DNA of 64,000 nucleotides from Fistulifera solaris (Eukaryota): the NCBI GenBank assembly GCA_030295235.1, contig AP026172.1, positions 310,001 to 374,000 of the forward strand, given 5' to 3'. A program made the translations under genes and the position numbers. The notes beneath the pieces are model-generated. The model was not told the origin of the DNA, searched no databases, and saw only the letters and a program-made list of their open reading frames with translations. Below, one piece after another: positions 35,491 to 48,800 of this stretch. Position 1 is the stretch's first letter; every line of letters starts with the position of its first letter.

Positions 35491-36531
35491 ATGACCTCGT
35501 CCGCCTCGCTACCACGCATAGGTCTCGGTATGGCTGCACTGGGGCGCCCAGGATATATCAACTTGGACCGATACATTACGTTCGGTTCCGATCATTCGCA
35601 ACGGACGGTCGACCGGATGCAGACGCAAAGCAATCTTGTTTTGGATCGACTTTTCCAGCTCTGCTCTACTCTTCATCAATCGAATGATGTTGACATCTCA
35701 TCAGGTAACAACTACAGTTCTTTGCCATGGATCGATTGTGCCCGATCGTACGGATTGTCGGAACAGTTTGTTGGTGAATACTTGCGTTCGCGTCACATTT
35801 CCTCGAAAGATGTGTACGTGAGCTCCAAATGGGGGTACGCTTACGTTGCAAATTTCGCTGTTACATTGCCCGAAGCAGCACCCCATGAAATCAAGGATCA
35901 TTCCGTGGAACAATTTCTGAAGCAAGTGAAAGAAACAGATTCGTTTCTCGGGGAATACATCAATTTGTATCAGATTCATTCCGCAACCTTTGAGTCCGGC
36001 GTTCTCGAAAACGTTCAAGTACATCATGCACTGGATCAGTGTCGACGAGATCGAGGATGGAAGATTGGATTGTCGGTATCGAGTCCGCAGCAGGATCAAA
36101 TTATTCGTGCTGCCATGAAGATTCGCGTCGACGATCGACCACTTTTTGACTCAGTGCAATGTACTTACAATCTACTCGAGCAACGACCAGGGTCTGCGCT
36201 GCAAGAGGCGCACAACATGGGGATGGATATAATTATCAAAGAAGGCTTGGCCAATGGTCGGATACTACACCATCCTGTCGTGATCCGTTACAGTGAACAG
36301 CTGTCGTGTCAACCGGATCAACTTGCTTTAGCTGTTATTTTGGCACAACCCTTTCAAGCACGTGTCCTGTCAGGTGCTGTTACACCCGAGCAGCTCGAGT
36401 CGAACTTTCAAGTTGCTTCCGTCCAAGAGATGCTACAAGCGAACACTTCCTTGTTGAAAGAAATCATGGAAGCTTGTGTCGTTCCCAGTGAGGAGTATTG
36501 GGCAGAGAGAGCGGCTTTAGCATGGAATTAA
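35491..36531 (+). CDS. Aldo/keto reductase, bacterial-like subfamily
   Basis: IGLGMAALGRPGYINL, DCARSYG, SSKWGY, LYQIHSAT, VQCTYNLLE, KEGLANGR; intronless. Confidence 0.88.
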   Translation: MTSSASLPRIGLGMAALGRPGYINLDRYITFGSDHSQRTVDRMQTQSNLVLDRLFQLCSTLHQSNDVDISSGNNYSSLPWIDCARSYGLSEQFVGEYLRSRHISSKDVYVSSKWGYAYVANFAVTLPEAAPHEIKDHSVEQFLKQVKETDSFLGEYINLYQIHSATFESGVLENVQVHHALDQCRRDRGWKIGLSVSSPQQDQIIRAAMKIRVDDRPLFDSVQCTYNLLEQRPGSALQEAHNMGMDIIIKEGLANGRILHHPVVIRYSEQLSCQPDQLALAVILAQPFQARVLSGAVTPEQLESNFQVASVQEMLQANTSLLKEIMEACVVPSEEYWAERAALAWN

Positions 36532-36938
36532 GATATCAAAGTAACATTGATACCGATTAGTTACGTGCTGAGGGTTTAATGATCTCAAGAGTACTACGTA
36601 GAACAATTCAATCATGTGTCGTACCGGTAAGAATTTCGCCGCCGTCCAGATGACGCCAATAAATTTGAGTGGTCGATTGACAATCGACAATGGTAAGGAT
36701 GAATAATGGACGATGGACATGGACGATATGTTTGCGCTTGCCAATCGCGGTAACCCATTTTCTGAAACGTCCACAAGCAAGATTCGATAGCTTATACATT
36801 CATGACACGAAAGAAATCGCTCGATCTCGCTCTTTATTGCTATTCACTCTTTGCAACAAGATATTCGGTCGAGTGCTCGTTCATCAGGGATAAAGGTCCC
36901 CTTGGCTCGCTGCTCATCGACCGGTTCACAGCTTCTCC

Positions 36939-37628
36939 ATGACAGCCATGGAAGATCCAGTGGCCAAGTTGGGACTTCCTAGTCCTCTTATATTAGGTTC
37001 TGGATCGTTTACTAGAAAGCTTATATTGAAAGAAATGGGCATTGATTTTCAAGTCATCAAACGACCCATCGACGAGAAAAGCTTAGGAGATCGAACATCC
37101 AGTCCCGAAGACTTGGTTCTCACCCTGGCCAAGGCCAAAATGGACCATTTAGTCAACGAAATTGTAGCCGGTCGCTGTGATGACGAACTACCAAAGCGAA
37201 ACGGCACCGACTCCGTGTCGGAATGGATTGTTTTAACTGGCGATCAAGTTGTCGTGTGCGACGGGTCCATATTAGAAAAACCCGAATCTGTCCAGGAAGC
37301 CAAGGATTTTGTCGGTCATTATGCTTTGATGCCACCTAGTACAGTTGGTTCTTGTGTGATAAAGCATATACCCTCTGGCATTCAAGTCGAAGGAGTGGAT
37401 ACAGCCACCATCTACTTTAAGCAGACGTTGAACGGCGATGAATTGGTGGATAGACTGCTAGCGAAAGATGCTCCCATCCTAGATTGTGCAGGTGGCCTCA
37501 TGGTGGAGCATCCTTCTGTTCGAGAATACTTAGACAAGATTGATGGAACGGAAGACAGTGTTTTAGGACTTAGCAAACGTCTTGTGTTGAAACTACTTGA
37601 CGAACTATCAGCAAAACTAAGGAGCTAA
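36939..37628 (+). CDS. Maf-family nucleotide pyrophosphatase
   Basis: LILGSGSFTRKLIL, IDEK, LAKAK, TGDQVV..ILEKP, CAGGL, SVLGL. Confidence 0.88.
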   Translation: MTAMEDPVAKLGLPSPLILGSGSFTRKLILKEMGIDFQVIKRPIDEKSLGDRTSSPEDLVLTLAKAKMDHLVNEIVAGRCDDELPKRNGTDSVSEWIVLTGDQVVVCDGSILEKPESVQEAKDFVGHYALMPPSTVGSCVIKHIPSGIQVEGVDTATIYFKQTLNGDELVDRLLAKDAPILDCAGGLMVEHPSVREYLDKIDGTEDSVLGLSKRLVLKLLDELSAKLRS

Positions 37629-39488
37629 AAGCTATGGTATCATGCACCACTATTATCGACAACAAGTTGGTTACCTTTATCATTCATTTTCCACACAGAA
37701 ACAACAGTCACTTCGTTTTTATTCTTTTGCCAGGGACCATTTCGTCACGATTTCCAATCTCTTTAATGTTAGTATGTTACGACAGTAGTTGTGAGAAGCA
37801 CACCAAGGCCCATGGTACGCTTCTCAGCTATTAAATCGCAAAACGCGAGACGTAACTTTCACTTTTCTTCAGCTGTAATTCTGGAGACACCTGTGTATGG
37901 ACAAGACAAATAATTCACGTCAAGACCTGTCATGACCGGCAAAGACCTCGAACCCAAACCATCAATACTTTACCTTCCAAGAGGCACGAAATACTGCAAA
38001 CCGTCCTTGTACATCTATTCCGTCACCGATAGGGACAACAAGGAACAAAGCAGTTGTCAGCAGCTTGATTTATTTGAACAACTTTTCACGCATTCGTGGT
38101 CGTCACAAATCAGGACTCGAGATCGTATATTTTTTGAGACTTGAGCGTGGGCGTTCATTCGTCGGCTTCTCAATGACCAATGACCTGTGTTGGACTTTCG
38201 ACAGCAGTCGACTCCTCCTTCCTCCTTAGGCCTTAGGACCTAGCCTCTAGATCTTAAAAGTTCTCTACAATTTACGTTATTTCTAGTTCGCATCCCGTTC
38301 CGCATTTGCTTCGGGTCATCGTCAATCGTCACTGGCTATTCGGTAAGAAGTAAGAAGGTATGGTAATGAAGAGACTTTGTGGGCAGCTTCAAACTTGAAA
38401 CACAGCATAATAATGAACAGTCGATTACCTAGCAAAGTTTCGGCGTTTTTCTGCTCAAAGAACACCTACTTTGAATCAGGGCAGTACCGTGCAGTTTCAA
38501 TTCGCTTTAATGAATTTACACCATTTCCAGCAGATATTTTTTCACTTACGGTTTCGATCTTGAAGATCGTATTTGAGAATTAGAGAGAAGCTGTAATATG
38601 TTTGTAGCCAGGTGGCGAAATCTGGTTTTTCAAGCTTCCTGCAATCGGGCGTCTCCGTGGACTTTTTCAGTCATACATCATACATACAGCATACACTTTT
38701 GAAACCGATAATCGCTTCTCAAGTTTGTATAGTACATTTTTAGATCGAAGTTTTTCTTGTACTTCCTGTTTGAAGTAACCATTACGAATTACGAAAAGAC
38801 AATACACAATACACAATACTGACAAATGACAAGTGACAAGTCTAAAAAGTCTAAAGCCTTAACACTAAAAAATTGAAAAAATCAAAGATGTTAATTACTA
38901 CTCCGTATTATATGTTCTTATTCTGTTGACTTTCATTCGCACATCCAACGGACGTCGAGCTTATGGCTTTATTAAGGGTTCGGTACTAAACGTTGCGTAA
39001 AACCTCGTTGTCTTTTCGTATTCCGTATCATATCTGTTCGCGGAAGTAACATAAATACCAAAGAACAAGGACATAATGACTTTGAGGAGTCTATTTTCCG
39101 TCAGCTTCTTTCAACTTACTACGTACAAGATGATTGTTTCGATGATGGATGGTTTACAGGTCATCCTGGTCCGTTCTCCGTTCCCGTTTCCTTCTCGCGT
39201 CTCGCCTCTCACTGACAAAACAAACAAGCGCAAGACACAAGCGGTATCGATTACGGTACCGATACCGGTACCCGTATCGGTACTACGTGGTCGGCGATCC
39301 GATACCGATACACCCCAACAAAAATCCCAATCGCCTTTCTCCTTTCAACACATAATTATTTTTGCAAGCTTTCAGTTCGATCAATAGCATACGACGTTGG
39401 TCCTTGTCCTCATCATTTGCTCATTCTTTTTAATCAATGAGCAATTTTTGAGTCAATCTCTAGTTTTCCCTTTTCTAGATAGCAACAA

Positions 39489-40939
39489 ATGCCAAATGAC
39501 AAAACCAAGCGTCGTTTCGACGAATCAGGAGCGGAAGATCGTAAGTGGATGGGCAATTTTATTTGACATGATTAGACAATCACTCATGAACACATTCGTC
39601 TTTTTTGAAACTAGCCGCCGAGAAAAGACAACAACACGAGGCAACTCAATCTTTGCGAGAACTGGAAGAACGGAAAATGGACGACCATCTCAGCCGCAAT
39701 AACGAGTCTATGAGTCAAGTTATGTCTGTTCAAGCCTTACTGAACCGAGGTATTGGCGACGTCGCCCTCTTGCAAGTTAGCTCTCAGAACCAATTGACAA
39801 CTGGCATCCGCTCGAATGCGGCTCTGCACATACTTTCGCATGAGAGGGCCAGGGCGGCATTGCAACACAATCTTTGGGCCAGTCCACCGGATTTGGCGTA
39901 CCGAAATGTGACGAATGCAAGCGGCGCCAACCGCGCGTTTCTAGCAGAAATTCCTCATTCCTTCGGTGTTTCGCCCATTGTTTCTGATTACCTCTTGTCT
40001 GACAACAATCGAAGAATGGGCGTAGCAATCACCAACCACACGTCGCTTGCCGCATCGCTTCCAGCTTTGCCACCCGCTGCGACTAGTGGACTCTCGCAAC
40101 TACAGCTAGAGCAGGTTCTCTCCAGAGCCAGTGTTCTAAATTATCAGCGAAATCTTGACCAAGCACTCGCAATCATCAGAGAAAATGAGACGGCCCGAAG
40201 AGTTCGTCAGCTACAGCTTTCTCAAGGCACTCAATGGGTACGGCCTAATCTTTTCTCCGCAGTGATATGGGAAAACGCCCAGAGACAGCAAATTGCCCCG
40301 CAGAATCCGATCTGTGATCCAATACAAACTGCACAACGTTCATTGAGTCTTCAAACTGACGCTTCTAGCGTGAATTCGACAGAAGCACTTAATAGAACTC
40401 GCGCTGCTGTAAGTGCTCTGGGCACTCGCCAAGGATCCGTCGGGCTTTCTCAATCGATTGCGGGAAATGTAGGCAGCACTAGACGGCACGACTCGTCTGG
40501 AGTTTTATTGGCTACCGACGAAGACGAAAAGAATCTGTCGGAATATCAGACGTTGGTACGGAAGCAACTGGAGTTTTTCGAAGCCAGTGAGGAGGATGTG
40601 AGCTTGACAACTCAGGGTCGAAAGAAGGTTGTCTACATTGGCCAGGTGGGGATCCGGTGCATACATTGCGCTCATCGTCCTGCCAATTTACGCAGTCGAG
40701 GGTCGGTCTACTTTCCTTCAAAACTCAGCAGCGTTTACCAAGCCGCGCAGAACATGGCAGTGAGTCACTTGATGGATGCATGCGATGAAATCGACGAAGG
40801 TACTCGCCAACAGCTTTCATCTTTACGGTCTCGAAAGGACACGGCAGCTGGCGGCAAGGCTTACTGGGCTTTATCGTGTGCGAAAGTTGGGGTTTCCGAG
40901 ACGGAAACAGGTTTAAGATTGACGAATCCTCTGCGATAG
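39489..40939 (+). CDS. Putative transcription regulator with a Cys/His C-terminal domain common in diatoms (exons 39489-39540, 39615-40939)
   Basis: Low-complexity Q/S/A body; LSEYQTLVRKQLEFF..GQVGIRCIHC..YFP..YQAAQNM..HL..C; phase-1 intron. Confidence 0.7.
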
Positions 40940-41877
40940 GGCAGATTCAAGACCCCTCCCGTTTTTCACGCTTAACTTGCCTCGTATGAATTCTTAGAAC
41001 TGCAGATACCTGAAAGAAACAAAAGACAATTGCCGACAAGGAATACATAATGTTGCATTTAGTGTAGCACTTCCTGCCTAGTCGCTTCAACAAGATATGC
41101 TTCCTACATCTGTGAATCTTAAAATAAAATGAGGATCATAGTTTTACGGAGTGCATCGATGAGATTTTGACCCTTTGCTTGGTCAATGGAGGTGCGTTCT
41201 TATCGTACTACGTAATAATCCTGCCACATAAAACCTACGAGGTCGGATTTTTGGCGTGACGTATGACGTTTTGGCTGACATTATGACGCAGAACGTTCTT
41301 AGTCTTAAAAACTATCCAATTAATTTTATTCCCAAATTTCCAAAAGTTAAAATGCGGATTTGAAAGTAATTTGACATTCGGACAAGCTGGCCCCGTGCTG
41401 AGTAAGCCCTAGCTGCTTTGTAGAGTGCTAGAGGAGAGCCACAACACCATGACGCCAAAGTGCACAAACAACGTACTTGGTACAGGTGCTGTGGTGGATT
41501 TTTCTATAGTGTCTTACTGGGAGTGCTAGTTAAGGCTGGTGATACTCATGGCGATACACTTTACGCGGGTCGCCTTATTCATTAGATGAAAAAGGGCTAA
41601 TGTTGATCTATGCTTAATTGATCGGTACTCACCTTCCACAATTTATCGTAGAAACAGTAGACAACCTTTTTGAATGAGGTGAAGTTCGAGTTTGGAATTT
41701 GGACACCGACTTCAATGAAAACGGTAACGACGAAGATAGTTAGATTGCAGATAACAGCCTGAACGAAACGAAGTGCTAGCTATTAAACATTCGTTTTGGA
41801 TATCGACATTAAAGCGGGCGACTAAAGCAAGAGAAAGTCATCAATATAGAGACTTCTGACGAAACTATTCTGCGATA

Positions 41878-42460
41878 ATGGTGAAGGCAAATATCTCTCT
41901 TTTTCTCTTCCTGGGGAAAATGGCAACTCTGATGGCGCTTGTACCTTTAGCAACAACCACTCGCACTACCATAACAGCTCTCTCTGCCAGTAGTTTCTAT
42001 GCTGACGAAAACACAAAGGATCACTTTCTCTTGGGAGAATTCCGGATCCACACCGGCGAAGTCATTAACCCATACAAGGTCTTGAAAGTCTCACGAACTG
42101 CCGGGCCCGAAGATATCAAAAGATCGTACCGTGATCTCTCGAAACGGTACCACCCCGACGGATATCGTAATCGACGCAACAACGACATCCTTCCTGGCAA
42201 ATGCAATAGCTTGGAGGACGTTCGTGATCATTGGGAACGCATCAAGTTGTCGTACGAAATTTTGAGAGACCCCAAGCGACGAAAAAGGTATGACCGGCAT
42301 GAAACATTGGCAGACCCGGGCGCAGCTTTGAAACGCGCTGCAGTGAATGCGGCCCTAGACGGTGTCAAAAGTGTTGGCGAAGGATTTTTTCTCTGTTGGA
42401 GCATTTGCTTTTCAAAAGCTAGCGGAAGGCACTAAACAGGAAAGCAAAGGAGACAAATGA
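41878..42460 (+). CDS. DnaJ-domain protein, possibly organelle-targeted (frameshift at about 42387)
   Basis: NPYKVLKV..IKRSYRDLSKRYHPD..SYEILRDPKRRKRYD. Confidence 0.82.
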
Positions 42461-42689
42461 AGAACGATCTTGCCCTGACTTGACCATGAAAAAAATTATG
42501 GACTGCCTCCCTTAGATTTATAAACCTGCAAGCCAATCCAAAAGGAGGGTTTCCGCAGGCTACTTCAACAAAAACGACAACTGCTCGAGAGATCAACCTA
42601 GAAATTGTAACTGCTACACCAAATAGAATGGGTTTCTTTCAATATCCTTATATTTACCGACTAGGCGCAAAAGGGATACTGCTATTTCT

Positions 42690-44111
42690 TTAACGAAGAG
42701 CGCGCTTTCCGGCTTGCTCCTTCAACTGTTTCTTCATCAAAGCTTGCTTGTGATCCTGAGCGACGCGAGCATGAAGCTCCTCCAGCTTATTCGAAGGGTC
42801 GACATAATGGTGCGTTCCGACCACCGAGCCTCCTTGGTTGCAGTTGGCTCCATTTTCCGAGCACGGGAAGTTGTGGACCGTGAAACTTCCGGGTGTGGCC
42901 CAAGCAACTTCTCCTTCGATTCCAAGCAAGTTTTTACCAACTTCCAATCGCATGTAACCCATTTCGCCCCAATACTAAAATGAAGAAACAAGTTAGAAAC
43001 TAAATGCTGCACCCATACATCAATGTGTATAATACGCTTACCTGGCCCCACGAGTTGCGAACCAACCATGCTTGCTTGCCGGTTTCTTCGTCCATTTCCC
43101 AACCAACAATGGAGACGATGTGATTCGACTCTTGGGAATAGCTATCATCCGTGAAGATACCTCCCTGGTAGCCCACAATAGGCTCGGCGTTGATGGTGGC
43201 GGCCACCGGTCTGCAAATTCAAGTTTGCTTAGTCCAAAGTCAAGGTTCACGATGTAATAAAGGCAGCAACCATCACGTACCCTCGCACATAGATCTCCGT
43301 CATAATGTTCGTTACAACATTGTCATCATACTCAATCATACCATATTCGGCCACAGTTGCGTTGGGAAAGAAATCGATCTCGGTGCAGGCGCCTCCCATT
43401 CCACCGAACGTATCACACGTACGACAAATATTGTTGGAGGAGCACGTGGTGTCGACGAGGGGACAGAATCCTTCCGTCGATTCATCACTGCAAGCCAAAT
43501 AGGACATGCAGGTGTCATAAGGTACATAGCCTCGCTCTTGAATGAATTCATAGGTACTTGCATGGTAGCCCCCATGACATGATCCAGCCGTCTCGGTTCC
43601 GCAGTTCAAGATAAACTGAATCGACAGATTGATATCGTCGCCCTTTCCCAAGCGCGCAATCTTGATACGGTCCGCGAGACTGGAAAGCGCGCCATGGGCC
43701 CAGCAGCTTCCACAATACTGCGGAATGTGCTGATTGAGCGAGTGCGTCAAGTACGATACGCCATTAACATCACCCCAAGAAAACGAATCGGGCAAATTGC
43801 TCGATTCAAGGTACGTGTGCGGCAAGGGACTCTTGAAATTGTTGTGAACTGCGTCGGGGCGGATCTGATTGTCACCACATCAAAGAGGGAGAAAAAAGGA
43901 TTGACAGCGGGAGAAGGTGAAGAGAGGGAGAAAGAAAACGTTAGGATGACTGCATCTTGAACGGGATTGACTTCGACGATAGCAAACAGAGCATGCACCT
44001 TTCTACCGCCGTTTGCGATGAAGCCCGACGTACCTTAATCTCACTAAGATATTCACCGTCTACCTGACTCAACAAGATGAGTACAGAGCTCAAAGCAAGT
44101 CCAAACTTCAT
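42690..44111 (-). CDS. Cathepsin X/Z cysteine peptidase 1 (exons 44111-44034, 43864-43281, 43210-43042, 42974-42690)
   Basis: Signal peptide; NQHIPQYCGSCWAHG with the cathepsin-X HIP mini-loop; NHIVSIVGW; VRNSWG. Confidence 0.92.
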
Positions 44112-44533
44112 GATTCTTAGGTTGCAAGAATTACGTGTTGAGTGTCAAAGAACCGCAACACAGTGAGCCAAAGCACGCAAAAAGAAAAAAAAGAACAACT
44201 GCGGCATGGAACCCGACGATGTATAGGGGGAAGAAGCCACTAAACTATACAGCTTCAGTGTTGGCGTGACTGCTTGTGCGTTGGGAATCAACCGCCGAGG
44301 GTTAAAGATACCTGGTGCTATCTACCGCAACACGAAACACGAATGATGACGATTGTGACGATCGACGACGGAGGTCGAAAGTTTATTTTTGTACCAGGTA
44401 CTGTACGAAATTCCTATGGAGAAGAACATCAAATTCTTTTCGCCGCCGTCTCGTGAATTCCATCCTTTGGTTAACTGCATCTTTTGTCCTTTGCTGATCT
44501 TGAGTCTCTAAGACGAACTCCTCTTTGTGAATT

Positions 44534-45411
44534 ATGATCCCCCGTGCCGTTCATCATCGAAGAAAACGAAAGACACCTATAGTGCCGCAACAATTGGATG
44601 ATGCGGAACATCGGTCTCCCAGTGGTAGTCTTGCGCGCAGCCGCCCTTTTGATCAAAGTCTAGACCGTCGCGACAGTGAAGAATCGTCCGCAAATGATTT
44701 CTTTTTGCGTCACTCGAAGAAGAATCAGTGGCGAATGAATTATCATCAACTGTGCATCGTTCCTTGAATAATTCTCTGTTATCCACGGGGGAAGCAGAGC
44801 AATGCTTGCAGGAGCTGAATGCGGTCTTTGGTCCAAGTAAAACAGATGAGACTTTATCTTATACACAGCAGTTCACAACCTCGGCTTCAGAGAAAGCGTT
44901 TGACTGTGAGAATGCAAGTTTATCCCGACGAACGATGAGTGATCTCGGGATGACGACTCGTCCTTTAAAGTCATCTTTAAAGAGTTCTTCTTCACTGAAA
45001 TCATTTCCGAGTCCAACGATGAAGCCGACCGTGAGTTTCAGCAAGTTAGATATTCGTGAATACGTCATTGCCTTATCCGATCATCCCAGTTGTTCTTGTG
45101 GTCCACCCATTCAATTGGGATGGAATTACAGTGAAACGAAGGATTTAAAACTCGAAGAATACGAAACGATTCGTTCCTCGTTGCGATCCGAAAAAAGAGA
45201 AGATATGCTCTTGTCGTACGACACAAGGGATTATCTTTTGCGCGAAGTCGCTGGATGTTCGAAAGACGAGATTGAACGCTCGATACAGGAAGTGGAGCGG
45301 GTGAAGCGAAACCGACTCATTACGGATATCTGGATGCCGGCGAATCTGCTCTCCGAAAAGATAACAGACGTCGTCCATCACATGTCGCACATCTTAAGTG
45401 TCCGTCGATAG
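44534..45411 (+). CDS. hypothetical protein of a family common in diatoms; 5' end uncertain
   Basis: VSFSKLDIREY..LSDHPSCSCGPPIQLGW.Y..LEEYE..R motif. Confidence 0.6.
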
Positions 45412-45490
45412 AATTTCATGTTTCAATAGTAAAAGCAAATGTATTTTTAGCATAACGTTCCTTGCTACAACTTGTAATCAGAGCAGTCGT

Positions 45491-47003
45491 TCAATTGTGA
45501 CGAAGACGACGGCCGATTTGAACGGAAGGGTCTTCGTATGTTTGCCACTCCATACGACCGGCATCGCAATCACTGCCATCCACATGACAGGAAAAGTTCT
45601 TGGTGGTGAATGTACCCGGGGTGGCCCAAGACACTTCTAGCTCGATTCCAAGTGCATTGTGGCCCATGAGAATACTGGATAGAGATGAAAACGATTGTGA
45701 GAGGGCATCGCGCTCACACGCCGATACGACAACGCTAACAGATAAACTTACTTGAAATAGCCCATGTTGCCCCAATAGGCTCCCCAGCTATTTCTAACAA
45801 TCCAGTATTGATCTGCGTACATGCAAAGGACAACGAAGCGAATGATGAGACAACGAGCGACAGATGTTCGCCGTGTAAAACTATTTGGCACGTACCCCCT
45901 GTTTCCGGATCCATGCCCCATCCTACAATCGACACAATATGATTCACAATCATTTTGAAAATGCTTGTTTCCCGAATTATTTTGCCGTTGCCTTTGTAGT
46001 TGACCAGTGGCTCTGACGTTTCCCGAACAAGTTGTGAGTAGCGTACGATGACAGAGAGCTGACGTCAATAAAGTAACAACGTACCTGCATTAACACCAGC
46101 AGCAACAGGACTGTAATTCGCACACAATCGATTTGTGAGTTGAATGGAAACATTGAATAAACTCCTAGCAAGTATCACCGACTTACCCACGCGCATAGAT
46201 CTCTGCCTTGATCTTGTTCGCCACCGCTCCAAATCCATCCGTCACATAAGAATAAGTTCCATATTCCGCTACTGTAGCATTCGGAAATTGATCCAAGGCA
46301 CGACAGCCCTTTCTCGTACAAGTGCGACATGTATTCATGGGCGTGCAAGTTGTGTCAACGCTGTTGCAGAATCCTTCTCTCGACTCACTGCTGCACGCCA
46401 TATAGGGCATGCAGGTGTCGTATGGGACAAATCCTTTTGCTGAATAAATTCATAGACCCCTGTAGCAGAACCTCCATGACACGATCCGGCGACACTTCCT
46501 CCACAATTGAGAATGTACTGCACTGACAGATTGATTTCATCACCACCGGTCCCATTGCGGGCAATATTAATGCGATCCGCCAAAGAAGACAAGGCCCCGT
46601 GAGCCCAGCAACTTCCACAATATTGAGGAATGTGCTGATTGAGCGAATGCGTCAAATACGATACGCCATTGACATCGCCCCAGTGAAACGAGTCGGGGAG
46701 ATCGTTCGGATCAATGTAAGTATAGGGTAAGGGGATTTGTAGGCCTCACGTTTCGTGTGGCCTTGAAGGATCTGTTGGCAAACAGAAAGTGATTATTAGA
46801 ATTAAGGATTGCAGCTGATTACGTAAAAAGAGATCTCGAGATAGTCTTTTTCCCGTCAAACACAACTTGATGCTGCTCTGTTTCAAATAGGGTCGTACCT
46901 GAAATTCATTCCGAAACGATTGTGCTGGGGCAACTTCGGTTTCCTGTCCTTGCACTACAGTCAAGAGAACGATACTAAAGAAGAGAAGCGATTGCAATGG
47001 CAT
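45491..47003 (-). CDS. Cathepsin X/Z cysteine peptidase 2 (exons 47003-46899, 46771-46187, 46110-46085, 46012-45896, 45812-45752, 45674-45491)
   Basis: Signal peptide; NQHIPQYCGSCWAHG, NHIVSIVGWG, WIVRNSWG; indels in exon 2. Confidence 0.9.
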
Positions 47004-47489
47004 GGTTGATCGCAATGAAGAATGCAGAACAGAAAGAAATGTTAAAAAGAAGAATGTCAATAAACGCCCTTTTTCGTTGGTCGTGACTGAAATTCAATCG
47101 AGTCAGGAACTCGACTTCGCACATACATACACAAAAAAGTAAAAGAAATTATTGTGTGCTTCTAAAAAAAGGAAATCATTGCATGAGTCCAATTCGTGTC
47201 ATTCGACCACAAAGCATCATCAATATCAAAAATCCATTAGTACAACCATTACACCTTTATCAAACTTCTTAAGTCATTTCTGATAACTTAACAAAATATT
47301 GAATTGAAGTGACGACTCTCATGACTGTATTCCAGTCTTACCAATTATTTGAATGTGTTTTCATTGGAAAAAACATTGGCGAGCGATGGACAGACAAACG
47401 ACACCCCATAAACAATCAATCTCTGTCAAAATGCTTCCGTTGTGGTTCCTTTCATTCTTTTCTCTCTGTATGCTAAGACACGTTTCACC

Positions 47490-48704
47490 ATGGCGCCACC
47501 AACACAAGCAGGGCGTTTTAAGCCTCGCAAACCCGCCAAGCGAGTAGCCCCTACCGCTGTGGCAACTCCGGTTGCAATACTAAGCGCAGCAGCAACAGCT
47601 GCTGCTGCCGCACCGCCGGCGACTTCGACCGACCGAGGCGACAGCGGAGCTGGAGGACGCGGGGCAGGAAGAGGCGGCCGGGGACGGGGTGGTCGAGGAA
47701 CTCCTGTTCTACCGCAAGGTCAAGTCTTTTTTATGGGAACCGACAAACCGGCGGCTTCGTCGACACGAACATCGGCCACAGCGGTAGCGGCAGCATCGTC
47801 GAAACGGAAAGGAAAAGCCGCGGGAATGATGATTTCGACAGCGGCGGGAGGAGCGAAAGAAGTCAAATCCGTAGCATTGGAAGTGCAGGAAGAAGTTCTG
47901 AACGTCGATGATGAAGGAATGGATACGCTCCCCGATCCCGCGCCGCGTTCTTCAAAATTGAGTGCCGCGTCTTCTCGACAATCTAAGACAAACAACTATC
48001 ATGAATCACATGAGTCACAGCGAGCAGGCGGGGTTGCTAATCATGACTCTCCCTCGGATGCGTTGGCGCACTATTATGATTCAGACTCTGACGAGGACGA
48101 CGAACCCATGCAAGATTATCGAAAAGATTCTCAGCTACAACCCTTTTTGATCGATTCGGCAAGATCGGACCACATCGCTTCCAATCAAGCAGCGCATATG
48201 TCTACATCGGATGGAAACCCTCTTTCTCAAACGAGTTCACCATTGCTTGTTCAGTCCGACTCGGGTAGCACTGATCATTCGCTGAATCACGCCAATGCCT
48301 TCTTCCTCGTTCAATTACCGACACGATTGCCGCCGATCATCTCGGCGACACGACCCGATGAGGTCCCAAAAGCACCCACTAGTGGGCTGGATATCGGTGA
48401 TGAAGACCCGGTACCGGTATCCACGCCAGCGGTAGAAGTCGGTTCGTTCGATAATCAGTTGACGGATGCCCAACCGGGACGCATGGGCACAATACGAGTA
48501 TACCGGAGCGGACGAACGGTGTTTGTATGGGAAAGTGCGCCTGGGCAAGCGGTGGTGGAAATGAATGTAACAGAAGGATTGAATTGCAGTTTCAGACAGC
48601 AAGCTGCTCTCATCGACTTAGGCCGCAAAGAACTTACACCGTTGGGGAATGTGCAAAAGACGATCGTAGTATCTCCCGAATTGGGAGACGGATATCTTGC
48701 ATAG
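47490..48704 (+). CDS. RPC4: RNA polymerase III subunit RPC4 (C53)-like
   Basis: RFKPRKP start; FFLVQLPTRLP..GRMGTIRVYRSGRT..NVTEGLNCSFRQQ..LGNV...IVVSP. Confidence 0.85.
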   Translation: MAPPTQAGRFKPRKPAKRVAPTAVATPVAILSAAATAAAAAPPATSTDRGDSGAGGRGAGRGGRGRGGRGTPVLPQGQVFFMGTDKPAASSTRTSATAVAAASSKRKGKAAGMMISTAAGGAKEVKSVALEVQEEVLNVDDEGMDTLPDPAPRSSKLSAASSRQSKTNNYHESHESQRAGGVANHDSPSDALAHYYDSDSDEDDEPMQDYRKDSQLQPFLIDSARSDHIASNQAAHMSTSDGNPLSQTSSPLLVQSDSGSTDHSLNHANAFFLVQLPTRLPPIISATRPDEVPKAPTSGLDIGDEDPVPVSTPAVEVGSFDNQLTDAQPGRMGTIRVYRSGRTVFVWESAPGQAVVEMNVTEGLNCSFRQQAALIDLGRKELTPLGNVQKTIVVSPELGDGYLA

Positions 48705-48800
48705 AAGCGGCTTTATGTGGTTATTGCTATATTTATAGTGTTATGAGTTATGAATAGTAATAAATACTACCTTAGCCCTCAATAAGGGGCACAAGGTCGT

